Assembly (NCBI RefSeq): GCF_048403405.1
Contig: NZ_CP183129.1
DNA length: 64,000 nucleotides
Strand: one strand, 5' to 3'
DNA from: Escherichia coli
GTDB lineage: Bacteria > Pseudomonadota > Gammaproteobacteria > Enterobacterales > Enterobacteriaceae
Under the pieces are notes generated by a model. That model did no database searches, had not been told where the DNA came from, and worked only from the letters and a program-made list of their open reading frames with translations. Each line of letters starts with the position of its first letter. Position 1 is the stretch's first letter. Shown here in pieces: positions 31,221 to 41,490 of this stretch. The translations under genes and the position numbers were made by a program.

Positions 31221-32615
31221 ATGACAAATCTAAAAAAGCGCGAGCGAGCGAAAACCAATGCATCGTTAATCTCTATGGTGCAACGCTTTTCAGATATCAC
31301 CATCATGTTTGCCGGACTATGGCTGGTTTGCGAAGTGAGCGGACTGTCATTCCTCTACATGCACCTGTTGGTGGCGCTGATTACGCTGGTGGTGTTCCAG
31401 ATGCTGGGCGGCATCACCGATTTTTATCGCTCATGGCGCGGTGTTCGGGCATCGACAGAATTTGCTCTGTTGCTACAAAACTGGACGTTAAGCGTGATTT
31501 TCAGCGCCGGACTGGTGGCGTTTAACAATGATTTCGACACGCAACTGAAAATCTGGCTGGCGTGGTATGGACTGACCAGCATCGGACTGGTGGTTTGCCG
31601 TTCGTGTATTCGCATTGGGGCGGGCTGGCTGCGTAATCATGGCTATAACAAACGCATGGTCGCCGTAGCGGGGGATTTAGCCGCCGGACAAATGCTGATG
31701 GAAAGCTTCCGTAATCAGCCGTGGTTAGGGTTTGAAGTGGTGGGCGTTTACCACGACCCGAAACCGGGCGGCGTTTCTAACGACTGGGCGGGCAATCTGC
31801 AACAACTGGTCGAGGATGCGAAAGCGGGCAAGATTCATAACGTCTATATCGCGATGCAGATGTGCGACGGCGCGCGAGTGAAAAAACTGGTCCATCAACT
31901 GGCGGACACCACCTGTTCGGTGCTGCTGATCCCCGATGTCTTTACCTTCAACATTCTCCATTCCCGTCTCGAAGAGATGAACGGCGTACCGGTGGTGCCG
32001 CTGTATGACACGCCGCTTTCCGGGGTTAACCGCCTGCTAAAACGTGCGGAAGATATTGTGCTGGCGACGCTTATTCTGCTGCTGATCTCCCCGGTGCTGT
32101 GCTGTATTGCGCTGGCGGTAAAACTCAGTTCACCAGGACCGGTTATTTTCCGCCAGACTCGCTATGGCATGGATGGCAAACCGATCAAAGTGTGGAAGTT
32201 CCGTTCCATGAAAGTGATGGAGAACGACAAAGTGGTGACTCAGGCGACGCAGAACGATCCGCGCGTCACCAAAGTGGGGAACTTTCTGCGCCGCACCTCG
32301 CTGGATGAATTGCCGCAGTTTATCAATGTGCTGACCGGGGGGATGTCGATTGTCGGTCCACGTCCGCACGCTGTAGCGCATAACGAACAGTATCGCCAGC
32401 TCATTGAAGGCTACATGCTGCGCCATAAGGTGAAACCGGGCATTACCGGGTGGGCGCAGATTAACGGCTGGCGCGGCGAAACCGACACACTGGAGAAAAT
32501 GGAAAAACGCGTCGAGTTCGACCTTGAGTACATCCGCGAATGGAGCGTCTGGTTCGATATCAAAATCGTTTTCCTGACGGTATTCAAAGGCTTCGTTAAC
32601 AAAGCGGCATATTGA
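31221..32615 (+). CDS. wcaJ: Undecaprenyl-phosphate glucose-1-phosphate transferase (initiating PGT)
   Basis: 464 aa with N-terminal TM helices and a C-terminal bacterial sugar transferase domain (SIVGPRPHAVAHNEQY). Confidence 0.95.
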   Translation: MTNLKKRERAKTNASLISMVQRFSDITIMFAGLWLVCEVSGLSFLYMHLLVALITLVVFQMLGGITDFYRSWRGVRASTEFALLLQNWTLSVIFSAGLVAFNNDFDTQLKIWLAWYGLTSIGLVVCRSCIRIGAGWLRNHGYNKRMVAVAGDLAAGQMLMESFRNQPWLGFEVVGVYHDPKPGGVSNDWAGNLQQLVEDAKAGKIHNVYIAMQMCDGARVKKLVHQLADTTCSVLLIPDVFTFNILHSRLEEMNGVPVVPLYDTPLSGVNRLLKRAEDIVLATLILLLISPVLCCIALAVKLSSPGPVIFRQTRYGMDGKPIKVWKFRSMKVMENDKVVTQATQNDPRVTKVGNFLRRTSLDELPQFINVLTGGMSIVGPRPHAVAHNEQYRQLIEGYMLRHKVKPGITGWAQINGWRGETDTLEKMEKRVEFDLEYIREWSVWFDIKIVFLTVFKGFVNKAAY

Positions 32616-32616
32616 T

Positions 32617-34095
32617 ATGAGCTTACGTGAAAAAACCATCAGCGGCGCGAAGTGGTCGGCGATTGCTACGGTGATCATCATCGGCCTCGGGCTGGTGCAG
32701 ATGACCGTGCTGGCGCGCATTATCGACAACCACCAGTTCGGTTTGCTTACCGTGTCGCTGGTGATCATCGCGCTGGCAGATACGCTTTCTGACTTCGGTA
32801 TCGCTAACTCGATTATTCAGCGAAAAGAAATCAGCCACCTGGAACTCACCACGCTGTACTGGCTGAACGTCGGGCTGGGGCTTGTGGTGTGCGTGGCGGT
32901 GTTTTTGTTGAGTGATGCCATTGGCGACGTGCTGAATAACCCGGACCTGGCACCGTTGATTAAAACATTGTCGCTGGCGTTTGTGGTGATCCCCCACGGG
33001 CAACAGTTCCGCGCGTTGATGCAGAAGGAGCTGGAGTTCAACAAAATCGGCATGATCGAAACCAGCGCGGTGCTGGCGGGCTTCACTTTTACAGTGGTTA
33101 GCGCCCATTTCTGGCCGCTGGCGATGACCGCGATCCTCGGTTATCTGGTCAATAGTGCGGTGAGAACGCTGCTATTTGGCTACTTTGGCCGGAAAATTTA
33201 TCGCCCCGGTCTGCATTTCTCGCTGGCGTCTGTTGCGCCGAACTTACGCTTTGGTGCCTGGCTGACGGCGGACAGCATCATCAACTATCTCAATACCAAC
33301 CTTTCAACGCTGGTGCTGGCGCGTATTCTCGGCGCGGGCGTGGCAGGGGGATACAACCTGGCGTACAACGTGGCCGTTGTGCCGCCGATGAAGCTGAACC
33401 CGATCATCACCCGTGTGTTGTTTCCGGCATTCGCCAAAATTCAGGACGATACCGAAAAGCTGCGCGTCAACTTCTACAAGCTGCTGTCGGTGGTGGGGAT
33501 TATCAACTTTCCGGCGCTGCTCGGGCTGATGGTGGTGTCAAATAACTTTGTACCGCTGGTATTTGGCGAAAAGTGGAACAGCATTATTCCGGTGCTGCAA
33601 TTGCTGTGTGTGGTGGGTCTGCTGCGCTCCGTAGGTAACCCGATTGGTTCGCTGCTGATGGCGAAAGCGCGGGTCGATATCAGCTTTAAATTCAACGTAT
33701 TCAAAACATTTCTGTTTATTCCGGCGATTGTTATTGGTGGGCAGATGGCGGGCGCAATCGGCGTCACGCTCGGTTTCCTGCTGGTGCAGATTATCAACAC
33801 CATTCTGAGTTACTTCGTGATGATTAAACCGGTTCTTGGTTCCAGTTATCGCCAGTACATCCTGAGTTTGTGGCTGCCGTTTTATCTCTCGCTGCCGACG
33901 CTGGTGGTCAGTTATGCACTGGGCATTGTGCTGAAAGGGCAACTGGCGCTGGGGATGCTGCTGGCGGTGCAAATAGCCGCGGGCGTGCTGGCGTTTGTGG
34001 TGATGATTGTGCTGTCGCGCCATTCGTTGGTGGTGGAAGTGAAGCGTCAGTTTTGTCGCAGCGAAAAAATGAAAATGCTTTTACGGGCGGGGTGA
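32617..34095 (+). CDS. wzxC: Colanic acid repeat-unit flippase WzxC
   Basis: 492 aa polytopic MOP-family membrane protein at the K-12 position. Confidence 0.94.
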   Translation: MSLREKTISGAKWSAIATVIIIGLGLVQMTVLARIIDNHQFGLLTVSLVIIALADTLSDFGIANSIIQRKEISHLELTTLYWLNVGLGLVVCVAVFLLSDAIGDVLNNPDLAPLIKTLSLAFVVIPHGQQFRALMQKELEFNKIGMIETSAVLAGFTFTVVSAHFWPLAMTAILGYLVNSAVRTLLFGYFGRKIYRPGLHFSLASVAPNLRFGAWLTADSIINYLNTNLSTLVLARILGAGVAGGYNLAYNVAVVPPMKLNPIITRVLFPAFAKIQDDTEKLRVNFYKLLSVVGIINFPALLGLMVVSNNFVPLVFGEKWNSIIPVLQLLCVVGLLRSVGNPIGSLLMAKARVDISFKFNVFKTFLFIPAIVIGGQMAGAIGVTLGFLLVQIINTILSYFVMIKPVLGSSYRQYILSLWLPFYLSLPTLVVSYALGIVLKGQLALGMLLAVQIAAGVLAFVVMIVLSRHSLVVEVKRQFCRSEKMKMLLRAG

Positions 34096-34166
34096 ATGGT
34101 TGTTTTAGGCTCCGGCAATAAAAACAACAACATAACCTCACCTGGCACCAAATTTATGAGGAAAAA

Positions 34167-35447
34167 ATGAAATTACTTATTCTGGGCAACCACACTTGCG
34201 GCAATCGTGGCGACAGCGCCATCTTGCGCGGCTTACTTGATGCCATCAACATCCTCAATCCACATGCCGAAGTGGACGTGATGAGCCGCTATCCGGTCAG
34301 TTCTTCCTGGCTGCTCAACCGCCCGGTAATGGGCGATCCGCTGTTCCTGCAAATGAAACAACACAACAGCGCGGCGGGCGTTGTCGGGCGCGTTAAAAAA
34401 GTCCTCCGTCGCCGCTATCAGCACCAGGTATTGCTCTCACGCGTCACCGACACTGGCAAGCTGCGTAATATCGCCATCGCCCAGGGATTCACCGACTTCG
34501 TGCGCCTGCTGTCAGGTTACGACGCCATTATTCAGGTCGGCGGATCGTTTTTTGTCGATCTCTATGGCGTTCCGCAGTTTGAACATGCGCTTTGCACTTT
34601 CATGGCGAAAAAGCCGCTGTTTATGATTGGTCACAGCGTCGGCCCGTTCCAGGATGAGCAATTTAACCAACTGGCGAACTACGTTTTTGGTCACTGTGAC
34701 GCGCTGATCCTGCGCGAATCGGTCAGCCTTGATTTGATGAAACGCAGCAATATCACCACCGCAAAAGTGGAACATGGCGTCGATACCGCGTGGCTGGTCG
34801 ATCACCACACAGAAGACTTCACCGCCAGCTATGCCGTTCAACATTGGCTGGACGTTGCCGCACAACAGAAAACGGTGGCAATTACCCTGCGCGAACTGGC
34901 ACCGTTCGACAAACGTCTCGGCACCACTCAACAAGCGTATGAAAAAGCCTTTGCCGGGGTGGTCAATCGCATTCTCGACGAAGGCTATCAGGTTATTGCG
35001 CTCTCCACCTGTACGGGCATCGACAGCTATAACAAAGACGACCGCATGGTGGCGCTCAACCTGCGCCAGCACATCAGCGATCCTGCCCGTTACCACGTGG
35101 TGATGGATGAACTCAACGATCTGGAAATGGGCAAAATTCTCGGTGCCTGTGAACTCACCGTCGGTACGCGCCTGCACTCAGCCATTATCTCAATGAACTT
35201 TGCTACTCCGGCGATTGCCATCAACTATGAACATAAATCCGCCGGGATTATGCAACAACTGGGGCTACCAGAGATGGCAATTGATATCCGTCATTTACTG
35301 GACGGCAGCCTGCAAGCGATGGTTGCGGATACCTTAGGCCAGCTTCCGGCGCTGAACGCACGACTTAACGAAGCTGTCAGTCGTGAGCGTCATACAGGAA
35401 TGCAGATGGTGCAATCTGTGCTTGAACGCATCGGGGAGGTGAAATGA
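34167..35447 (+). CDS. wcaK: Colanic acid pyruvyl transferase WcaK
   Basis: 426 aa. Starts MKLLILGNHTCGNRGDSAIL, typical of the polysaccharide pyruvyl transferase family. Confidence 0.93.
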   Translation: MKLLILGNHTCGNRGDSAILRGLLDAINILNPHAEVDVMSRYPVSSSWLLNRPVMGDPLFLQMKQHNSAAGVVGRVKKVLRRRYQHQVLLSRVTDTGKLRNIAIAQGFTDFVRLLSGYDAIIQVGGSFFVDLYGVPQFEHALCTFMAKKPLFMIGHSVGPFQDEQFNQLANYVFGHCDALILRESVSLDLMKRSNITTAKVEHGVDTAWLVDHHTEDFTASYAVQHWLDVAAQQKTVAITLRELAPFDKRLGTTQQAYEKAFAGVVNRILDEGYQVIALSTCTGIDSYNKDDRMVALNLRQHISDPARYHVVMDELNDLEMGKILGACELTVGTRLHSAIISMNFATPAIAINYEHKSAGIMQQLGLPEMAIDIRHLLDGSLQAMVADTLGQLPALNARLNEAVSRERHTGMQMVQSVLERIGEVK

Positions 35448-36664
35448 AGGTCGGCTTCTTTTTACTGAAATTTCCGCTGTCGTCGGAAACCTTCGTCCTC
35501 AATCAAATTACCGCGTTTATTGATATGGGCTTTGAGGTGGAGATTGTCGCGCTGCAAAAAGGCGACACCCAGAACACCCACGCGGCATGGACGAAATACA
35601 ACCTTGCTGCCAGAACCCGCTGGTTACAGGACGAACCTACGGGCAAAGTGGCGAAACTGCGCCACCGCGCCAGCCAGACGTTACGCGGCATTCATCGTAA
35701 AAATACCTGGCAGGCGCTCAACCTCAAACGCTATGGCGCCGAGTCGCGGAACCTGATTTTGTCTGCCATTTGTGGTCAGGTCGCAACACCGTTTCGCGCC
35801 GATGTGTTCATCGCTCATTTTGGCCCTGCGGGGGTAACCGCAGCAAAACTACGCGAACTGGGTGTCATTCGCGGCAAAATTGCCACTATCTTCCACGGTA
35901 TTGATATCTCCAGTCGGGACGTGCTCAACCACTACACTCCCGAATATCAACAACTGTTTCGCCGTGGCGACCTGATGTTACCGATAAGCGATTTGTGGGC
36001 CGGAAGGCTGCAAAAAATGGGCTGTCCGAGGGAAAAAATCGCCGTATCGCGTATGGGCGTGGACATGACGCGCTTTAGCCCGCGTCCGGTGAAAGCGCCC
36101 GCAACGCCGCTGGAAATCATCTCCGTCGCACGCTTAACCGAGAAAAAAGGCCTGCATGTGGCGATCGAAGCCTGCCGGCAGTTGAAAGAGCAGGGCGTGG
36201 CATTTCGCTATCGCATCCTCGGCATTGGCCCGTGGGAACGACGCCTGCGCACGCTCATCGAACAATATCAACTGGAAGATGTGGTAGAGATGCCGGGCTT
36301 TAAACCGAGCCATGAAGTGAAAGCGATGCTCGACGACGCGGATGTCTTCCTGTTGCCATCGATAACGGGTGCGGATGGCGATATGGAAGGTATTCCGGTG
36401 GCGCTAATGGAAGCGATGGCGGTCGGCATTCCGGTTGTTTCAACTCTGCATAGCGGAATACCAGAACTGGTGGAGGCCGATAAATCCGGCTGGCTGGTGC
36501 CTGAGAACGATGCTCGCGCACTGGCGCAACGACTGGCGGCGTTTAGCCAACTGAACACCGACGAACTGGCTCCGGTCGTCAAACGTGCGCGCGAAAAAGT
36601 CGAACACGATTTTAACCAGCAGGTGATTAATCGAGAACTCGCCAGCTTGCTGCAGGCTTTATAG
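35444..36664 (+). CDS. wcaL: Colanic acid GT4 glycosyltransferase WcaL
   Basis: 406 aa with an E-x7-E region ([19 protein letters not shown]). Confidence 0.93.
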   Translation: MKVGFFLLKFPLSSETFVLNQITAFIDMGFEVEIVALQKGDTQNTHAAWTKYNLAARTRWLQDEPTGKVAKLRHRASQTLRGIHRKNTWQALNLKRYGAESRNLILSAICGQVATPFRADVFIAHFGPAGVTAAKLRELGVIRGKIATIFHGIDISSRDVLNHYTPEYQQLFRRGDLMLPISDLWAGRLQKMGCPREKIAVSRMGVDMTRFSPRPVKAPATPLEIISVARLTEKKGLHVAIEACRQLKEQGVAFRYRILGIGPWERRLRTLIEQYQLEDVVEMPGFKPSHEVKAMLDDADVFLLPSITGADGDMEGIPVALMEAMAVGIPVVSTLHSGIPELVEADKSGWLVPENDARALAQRLAAFSQLNTDELAPVVKRAREKVEHDFNQQVINRELASLLQAL

Positions 36665-36674
36665 AGGAGAACGT

Positions 36675-38069
36675 ATGCCATTTAAAAAACTCTCCCGACG
36701 CACCTTCCTGACGGCAAGCTCCGCGCTTGCCTTCCTCCATACCCCTTTCGCCCGTGCACTTCCCGCCCGACAAAGCGTTAACATTAACGACTACAACCCA
36801 CACGACTGGATCGCCTCATTTAAACAAGCCTTCGGCGAAGGGCAAACGGTCGTCGTGCCTGCCGGATTGGTTTGCGACAATATCAACACCGGCATCTTCA
36901 TTCCTGCAGGTAAAACGTTACACATCCTTGGAAGCCTGCGCGGCAACGGCAGAGGGCGATTTGTCTTACAGGACAGCAGCCAGGTGACAGGGGAGGAGGG
37001 TGGCAGTATGCATAACATCACCCTGGATGTGCGTGGCTCTGACTGCACCATCAAAGGGCTGACGATGAGCGGCTTTGGTCCGGTAACGCAGATTTATATC
37101 GGCGGCAAAAACAAACGAGTAATGCGTAACCTCTCCATCGATAACCTGACCGTTAGCCACGCTAATTACGCCATCTTACGCCAGGGATTTCATAACCAGA
37201 TTATCGGTGCCAACATCACCAACTGTAAATTTAGTGATTTACAGGGCGACGCCATTGAATGGAACGTGGCGATTAACGACCGTGATATTTTGATATCTGA
37301 CCATGTCATCGAGCGCATCAACTGTACCAACGGCAAAATCAACTGGGGTATCGGCATAGGCCTTGCGGGAAGTACCTACGATAATAACTACCCGGAAGAC
37401 CAGGCAGTGAAAAACTTTGTCGTGGCGAATATCACGGGATCGGATTGTCGGCAGTTGATCCATGTTGAAAATGGTAAACATTTTGTTATTCGTAATATCA
37501 AAGCCCGCAATATCACGCCGGATTTCAGCAAGAAAGCAGGCATTGATAACGCGACAGTTGCTATTTACGGTTGTGACAATTTCGTGATTGATAATATTGA
37601 AATGATTAATAGCGCTGGGATGTTAATCGGCTATGGGGTAATTAAAGGCAAATATCTCTCAATACCGCAAAATTTCCGAGTGAATAATATTCAAATGGAT
37701 AACACCCATCTTGCTTATAAATTGCGCGGTATCCAAATCTCTGCCGGGAATGCTGTCTCCTTTGTGGCGCTGACTAACATTGAGATGAAGCGTGCGTCGC
37801 TGGAGTTACACAACAAACCGCAACATCTTTTTATGCGAAATATCAAGGTGATGCAGGAATCCTCAGTTGGACCCGCATTGAGCATGAACTTCGACATGCG
37901 CAAAGACGTTCGCGGCGTCTTTATGGCGAAAAAAGAAACACTGCTGTCACTTGCAAATGTTCATGCGGTGAATGAAAAAGGGCAAAGCTCCGTCGATATC
38001 GACAGAGTTAATCACCACATTGTTAATGTGGAAAAGATTAACTTTAGATTGCCAGAACGGAGGGAGTAG
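36675..38069 (+). CDS. wcaM: Colanic acid biosynthesis protein WcaM (Tat-signal, beta-helix-like)
   Basis: 464 aa with an N-terminal [14 protein letters not shown] twin-arginine-like signal. It is the last gene of the cluster, as in K-12. Confidence 0.92.
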   Translation: MPFKKLSRRTFLTASSALAFLHTPFARALPARQSVNINDYNPHDWIASFKQAFGEGQTVVVPAGLVCDNINTGIFIPAGKTLHILGSLRGNGRGRFVLQDSSQVTGEEGGSMHNITLDVRGSDCTIKGLTMSGFGPVTQIYIGGKNKRVMRNLSIDNLTVSHANYAILRQGFHNQIIGANITNCKFSDLQGDAIEWNVAINDRDILISDHVIERINCTNGKINWGIGIGLAGSTYDNNYPEDQAVKNFVVANITGSDCRQLIHVENGKHFVIRNIKARNITPDFSKKAGIDNATVAIYGCDNFVIDNIEMINSAGMLIGYGVIKGKYLSIPQNFRVNNIQMDNTHLAYKLRGIQISAGNAVSFVALTNIEMKRASLELHNKPQHLFMRNIKVMQESSVGPALSMNFDMRKDVRGVFMAKKETLLSLANVHAVNEKGQSSVDIDRVNHHIVNVEKINFRLPERRE

Positions 38070-38226
38070 ATTTGCGACCATTCATAAACTTACTGGATAT
38101 AATGTTCTAAAAGATTATAATCCTCACACTAACTGTTAAAGCTGGGGCTGGGCAGCATTGACTACTCAGGGAAGGTACTCATCTTTATCTTGTGTTTCTT
38201 ACGTAACAACCAGACTAAAGTGATTT

Positions 38227-39222
38227 ATGAACGATAACGTTTTGCTCATAGGAGCTTCCGGATTCGTAGGAACCCGACTACTTGAAACGGCAATTGCTGA
38301 CTTTAATATCAAGAACCTGGACAAACAGCAGAGCCACTTTTATCCAGAAATCACACAGATTGGCGATGTTCGTGATCAACAGGCACTCGACCAGGCGTTA
38401 GCCGGTTTTGACACTGTTGTACTACTGGCAGCGGAACACCGCGATGACGTCAGCCCTACTTCTCTCTATTATGATGTCAACGTTCAGGGTACCCGCAATG
38501 TGCTGGCGGCCATGGAAAAAAATGGCGTTAAAAATATCATCTTTACCAGTTCCGTTGCTGTTTATGGTTTGAACAAACACAACCCTGACGAAAACCATCC
38601 ACACGATCCTTTCAACCACTACGGCAAAAGTAAGTGGCAGGCAGAGGAAGTGCTGCGTGAATGGTATAACAAAGCACCAACAGAACGTTCATTAACTATC
38701 ATCCGTCCTACCGTTATCTTCGGTGAACGCAACCGCGGTAACGTCTATAACTTGCTGAAACAGATCGCTGGCGGCAAGTTTATGATGGTGGGCGCAGGGA
38801 CTAACTATAAGTCCATGGCTTATGTTGGAAACATTGTTGAGTTTATCAAGTACAAACTGAAGAATGTTGCCGCAGGTTATGAGGTTTATAACTACGTTGA
38901 TAAGCCAGACCTGAACATGAACCAGTTGGTTGCTGAAGTTGAACAAAGCCTGAACAAAAAGATCCCTTCTATGCACTTGCCTTACCCACTAGGAATGCTG
39001 GGTGGATATTGCTTTGATATCCTGAGCAAAATTACGGGCAAAAAATACGCTGTCAGCTCAGTGCGCGTGAAAAAATTCTGCGCAACAACACAGTTTGACG
39101 CAACGAAAGTGCATTCTTCAGGTTTTGTGGCACCGTATACGCTGTCGCAAGGTCTGGATCGAACACTGCAGTATGAATTCGTTCATGCCAAAAAAGACGA
39201 CATAACGTTTGTTTCTGAGTAA
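38227..39222 (+). CDS. gne: SDR-family UDP-GlcNAc/GalNAc 4-epimerase (Gne; Z3206-type)
   Basis: 331 aa. LLIGASGFVGTRLL Rossmann motif and YGKSKWQAE YxxxK. It lies between wcaM and galF, as in serogroups whose O unit contains GalNAc. Absent from K-12 as I recall. Confidence 0.8.
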   Translation: MNDNVLLIGASGFVGTRLLETAIADFNIKNLDKQQSHFYPEITQIGDVRDQQALDQALAGFDTVVLLAAEHRDDVSPTSLYYDVNVQGTRNVLAAMEKNGVKNIIFTSSVAVYGLNKHNPDENHPHDPFNHYGKSKWQAEEVLREWYNKAPTERSLTIIRPTVIFGERNRGNVYNLLKQIAGGKFMMVGAGTNYKSMAYVGNIVEFIKYKLKNVAAGYEVYNYVDKPDLNMNQLVAEVEQSLNKKIPSMHLPYPLGMLGGYCFDILSKITGKKYAVSSVRVKKFCATTQFDATKVHSSGFVAPYTLSQGLDRTLQYEFVHAKKDDITFVSE

Positions 39223-39464
39223 TGCAGACGAGTCAGAGAAATAAGGACCAGGTTGGACTACGATTATTCGGAAAGAGGTACTGATTAAATTATCAGTATG
39301 CGGAATTCCGAGTAATCCGAGTAACCCAGATGCTGATGGTGTGTAGTGTTATTCTAAGGTTTAAGCAAAGTTATGCGGAACTAAGCTTTGGTATATAGCC
39401 ATAACGTTTGGCTAACCTATGGCAATAATTTACGCACTATCAGCCACTTAGAGGTAGGAAAAGA

Positions 39465-40358
39465 ATGACGAATTTAAAAGCAGTTATACCGGTAGCAGGT
39501 CTTGGGATGCATATGTTGCCTGCCACTAAGGCGATTCCCAAAGAGATGCTACCGATCGTCGACAAGCCAATGATTCAGTACATTGTTGACGAGATTGTGG
39601 CTGCAGGGATCAAAGAAATCCTCCTGGTAACTCACGCGTCCAAGAACGCAGTCGAAAACCACTTCGACACCTCTTATGAATTAGAATCTCTCCTTGAACA
39701 GCGCGTGAAGCGTCAACTGCTGGCGGAAGTACAGTCTATCTGTCCGCCGGGCGTGACCATTATGAACGTGCGTCAGGGCGAACCTTTAGGTTTAGGCCAC
39801 TCCATTTTGTGTGCACGACCCGCCATTGGTGACAACCCATTTGTCGTGGTATTGCCGGACGTTGTGATCGACGACGCCAGTGCCGACCCGCTGCGCTACA
39901 ACCTTGCTGCCATGATTGCACGTTTCAACGAAACGGGCCGCAGCCAGGTGCTGGCAAAACGTATGCCGGGTGACCTCTCTGAATACTCCGTCATTCAGAC
40001 TAAAGAGCCGCTGGATCGTGAAGGTAAAGTCAGCCGTATTGTTGAATTCATAGAAAAGCCGGATCAGCCGCAGACGCTGGACTCAGACATCATGGCCGTT
40101 GGTCGATATGTGCTTTCTGCCGATATTTGGCCGGAACTTGAACGCACTCAGCCTGGTGCATGGGGGCGTATTCAGCTGACTGATGCCATTGCCGAACTGG
40201 CGAAAAAACAGTCCGTTGATGCCATGCTGATGACTGGTGACAGCTATGACTGCGGTAAAAAAATGGGTTATATGCAGGCGTTTGTGAAGTATGGACTGCG
40301 CAACCTCAAAGAAGGGGCGAAGTTCCGCAAAGGCATTGAGAAACTGTTAAGCGAATAA
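39465..40358 (+). CDS. galF: UTP-glucose-1-phosphate uridylyltransferase-like GalF
   Basis: 297 aa. [43 protein letters not shown] matches GalF. Confidence 0.96.
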   Translation: MTNLKAVIPVAGLGMHMLPATKAIPKEMLPIVDKPMIQYIVDEIVAAGIKEILLVTHASKNAVENHFDTSYELESLLEQRVKRQLLAEVQSICPPGVTIMNVRQGEPLGLGHSILCARPAIGDNPFVVVLPDVVIDDASADPLRYNLAAMIARFNETGRSQVLAKRMPGDLSEYSVIQTKEPLDREGKVSRIVEFIEKPDQPQTLDSDIMAVGRYVLSADIWPELERTQPGAWGRIQLTDAIAELAKKQSVDAMLMTGDSYDCGKKMGYMQAFVKYGLRNLKEGAKFRKGIEKLLSE

Positions 40359-40618
40359 TGAAAATCTGACCGAATGTGACGGTTGGCAAGGAAACTATAA
40401 CAGCAGTGAAGATTCGTGGCGAAAGTAATTTGTTGCGAATATTCCTGCCGTTATTTTGTATAAACAATCAGAATAACAAATAGTTAGCAATAGGCTTTTC
40501 GTCAAAGTTTTCCTGGATTTTCCTTGTTTCCAGAACGGATTGGTAAGACAATTAGCGTTTGAGTTTCGAGGGAGATGCAGCAATGTCTCTCAGTAACAGT
40601 ACGCAATATCAATGAGTT

Positions 40619-40657
40619 CAGTGCACTGGTAGCTGTTAAGCCAGGGGCGGTAGCGTG
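40619..40657 (+). promoter_or_regulatory. JUMPStart element with ops site (GGCGGTAGCGTG, 40646-40657) heading the O-antigen cluster
   Basis: cagtgcactggtagctgttaagccaggggcggtagcgtg is nearly identical to the wza copy at 15318-15356. Confidence 0.88.
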
Positions 40658-40667
40658 GATTGATGGA

Positions 40668-41489
40668 ATGAAAAATAAGTGCCCACGAATTGCAGTAATA
40701 ATGTCGGTTTATATTAATGATAAATTTAATGAGTTTAAAGAGGCTTTTGACAGTATTATTAATCAAACATACTCTAACTTTGTTTTCTTTATTTATGCCG
40801 ATGGCAAGATAAATCCAGATATTGAAAGTTTTTTGCAAAATTATAATTCGCAACATGTGATTTTCATTAGAAGTGAAAAAAATAAGGGATTAGCTTATGC
40901 TTTGAATAAATTAATATCAGTGGCGCTAGTTAATAATGAATTTGATTTTATTGCCAGAATGGATGCTGATGATATAAGTTTAGAAGATAGATTTCAACGA
41001 CAAATAGATTTTTTTATGGCTAACCCTGAGTTAGATGTTGTTGGTGGGTTGTGTCAAGAGTTTGGTGGTGAGTCAGCAAGAGAAAAATGCAAGATCTATT
41101 TTACAGATGAAGCCATTAAAAACAATGCCTTTAAAAAATGTCCTTTCGTTCATCCAACCGTGATGTTTAAATCGTCTGTATTTAATAACGGGATGCGATA
41201 CCCTGAAAATCAGCCACTGACAGAAGATATGTGCTTATGGCTCGAGTTAATATCCGCGAATAAAAAGTTTGCAAATATTGACTCCGTTCTTCTAAAGTAC
41301 AGAATTAATGAGCAGACGCTAAAAAGAAGAAGAGGTTTGAATAAGGCTGTAACCGAATTATCCACAAGATTGTATTACGCCAAGAAACTTAAAATGCTTA
41401 GCGTACGGAATTTGTTATATATATTAATCCATTTTGGTGTCAGAGTCCTTTCTTCAAATATATTTAAACTTGTACATAAGTTAAATTAA
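40668..41489 (+). CDS. O-antigen GT2-family glycosyltransferase
   Basis: 273 aa from MKNKCPRIAVIMSVYIND (GT2 N-terminal signature) with the DXD region ARMDADDIS. The start was chosen downstream of the ops element. The ORF-track start at 40575 spans JUMPStart and was rejected. Confidence 0.8.
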   Translation: MKNKCPRIAVIMSVYINDKFNEFKEAFDSIINQTYSNFVFFIYADGKINPDIESFLQNYNSQHVIFIRSEKNKGLAYALNKLISVALVNNEFDFIARMDADDISLEDRFQRQIDFFMANPELDVVGGLCQEFGGESAREKCKIYFTDEAIKNNAFKKCPFVHPTVMFKSSVFNNGMRYPENQPLTEDMCLWLELISANKKFANIDSVLLKYRINEQTLKRRRGLNKAVTELSTRLYYAKKLKMLSVRNLLYILIHFGVRVLSSNIFKLVHKLN

Positions 41490-41490
41490 A

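Noticed and set aside
15535-38069. Colanic acid cluster considered as a candidate novel polysaccharide system.
   Set aside because: Gene order, lengths and sequences match the canonical E. coli wza-wcaM cluster gene for gene. I saw nothing unusual.
40575-40667. N-terminal extensions of ORF-track calls. Affected: first O-antigen GT at 40575, yegH 14942, wzc 17090, wcaD 21813, cpsG 29748, udk 9295, wzzB 51973, hisG 60157, hisD 59222, yegD 4757 and yeeY 61590.
   Set aside because: The extensions run through regulatory elements (JUMPStart/ops) or into upstream genes. Internal starts reproduce the known E. coli protein lengths and have better SD spacing.
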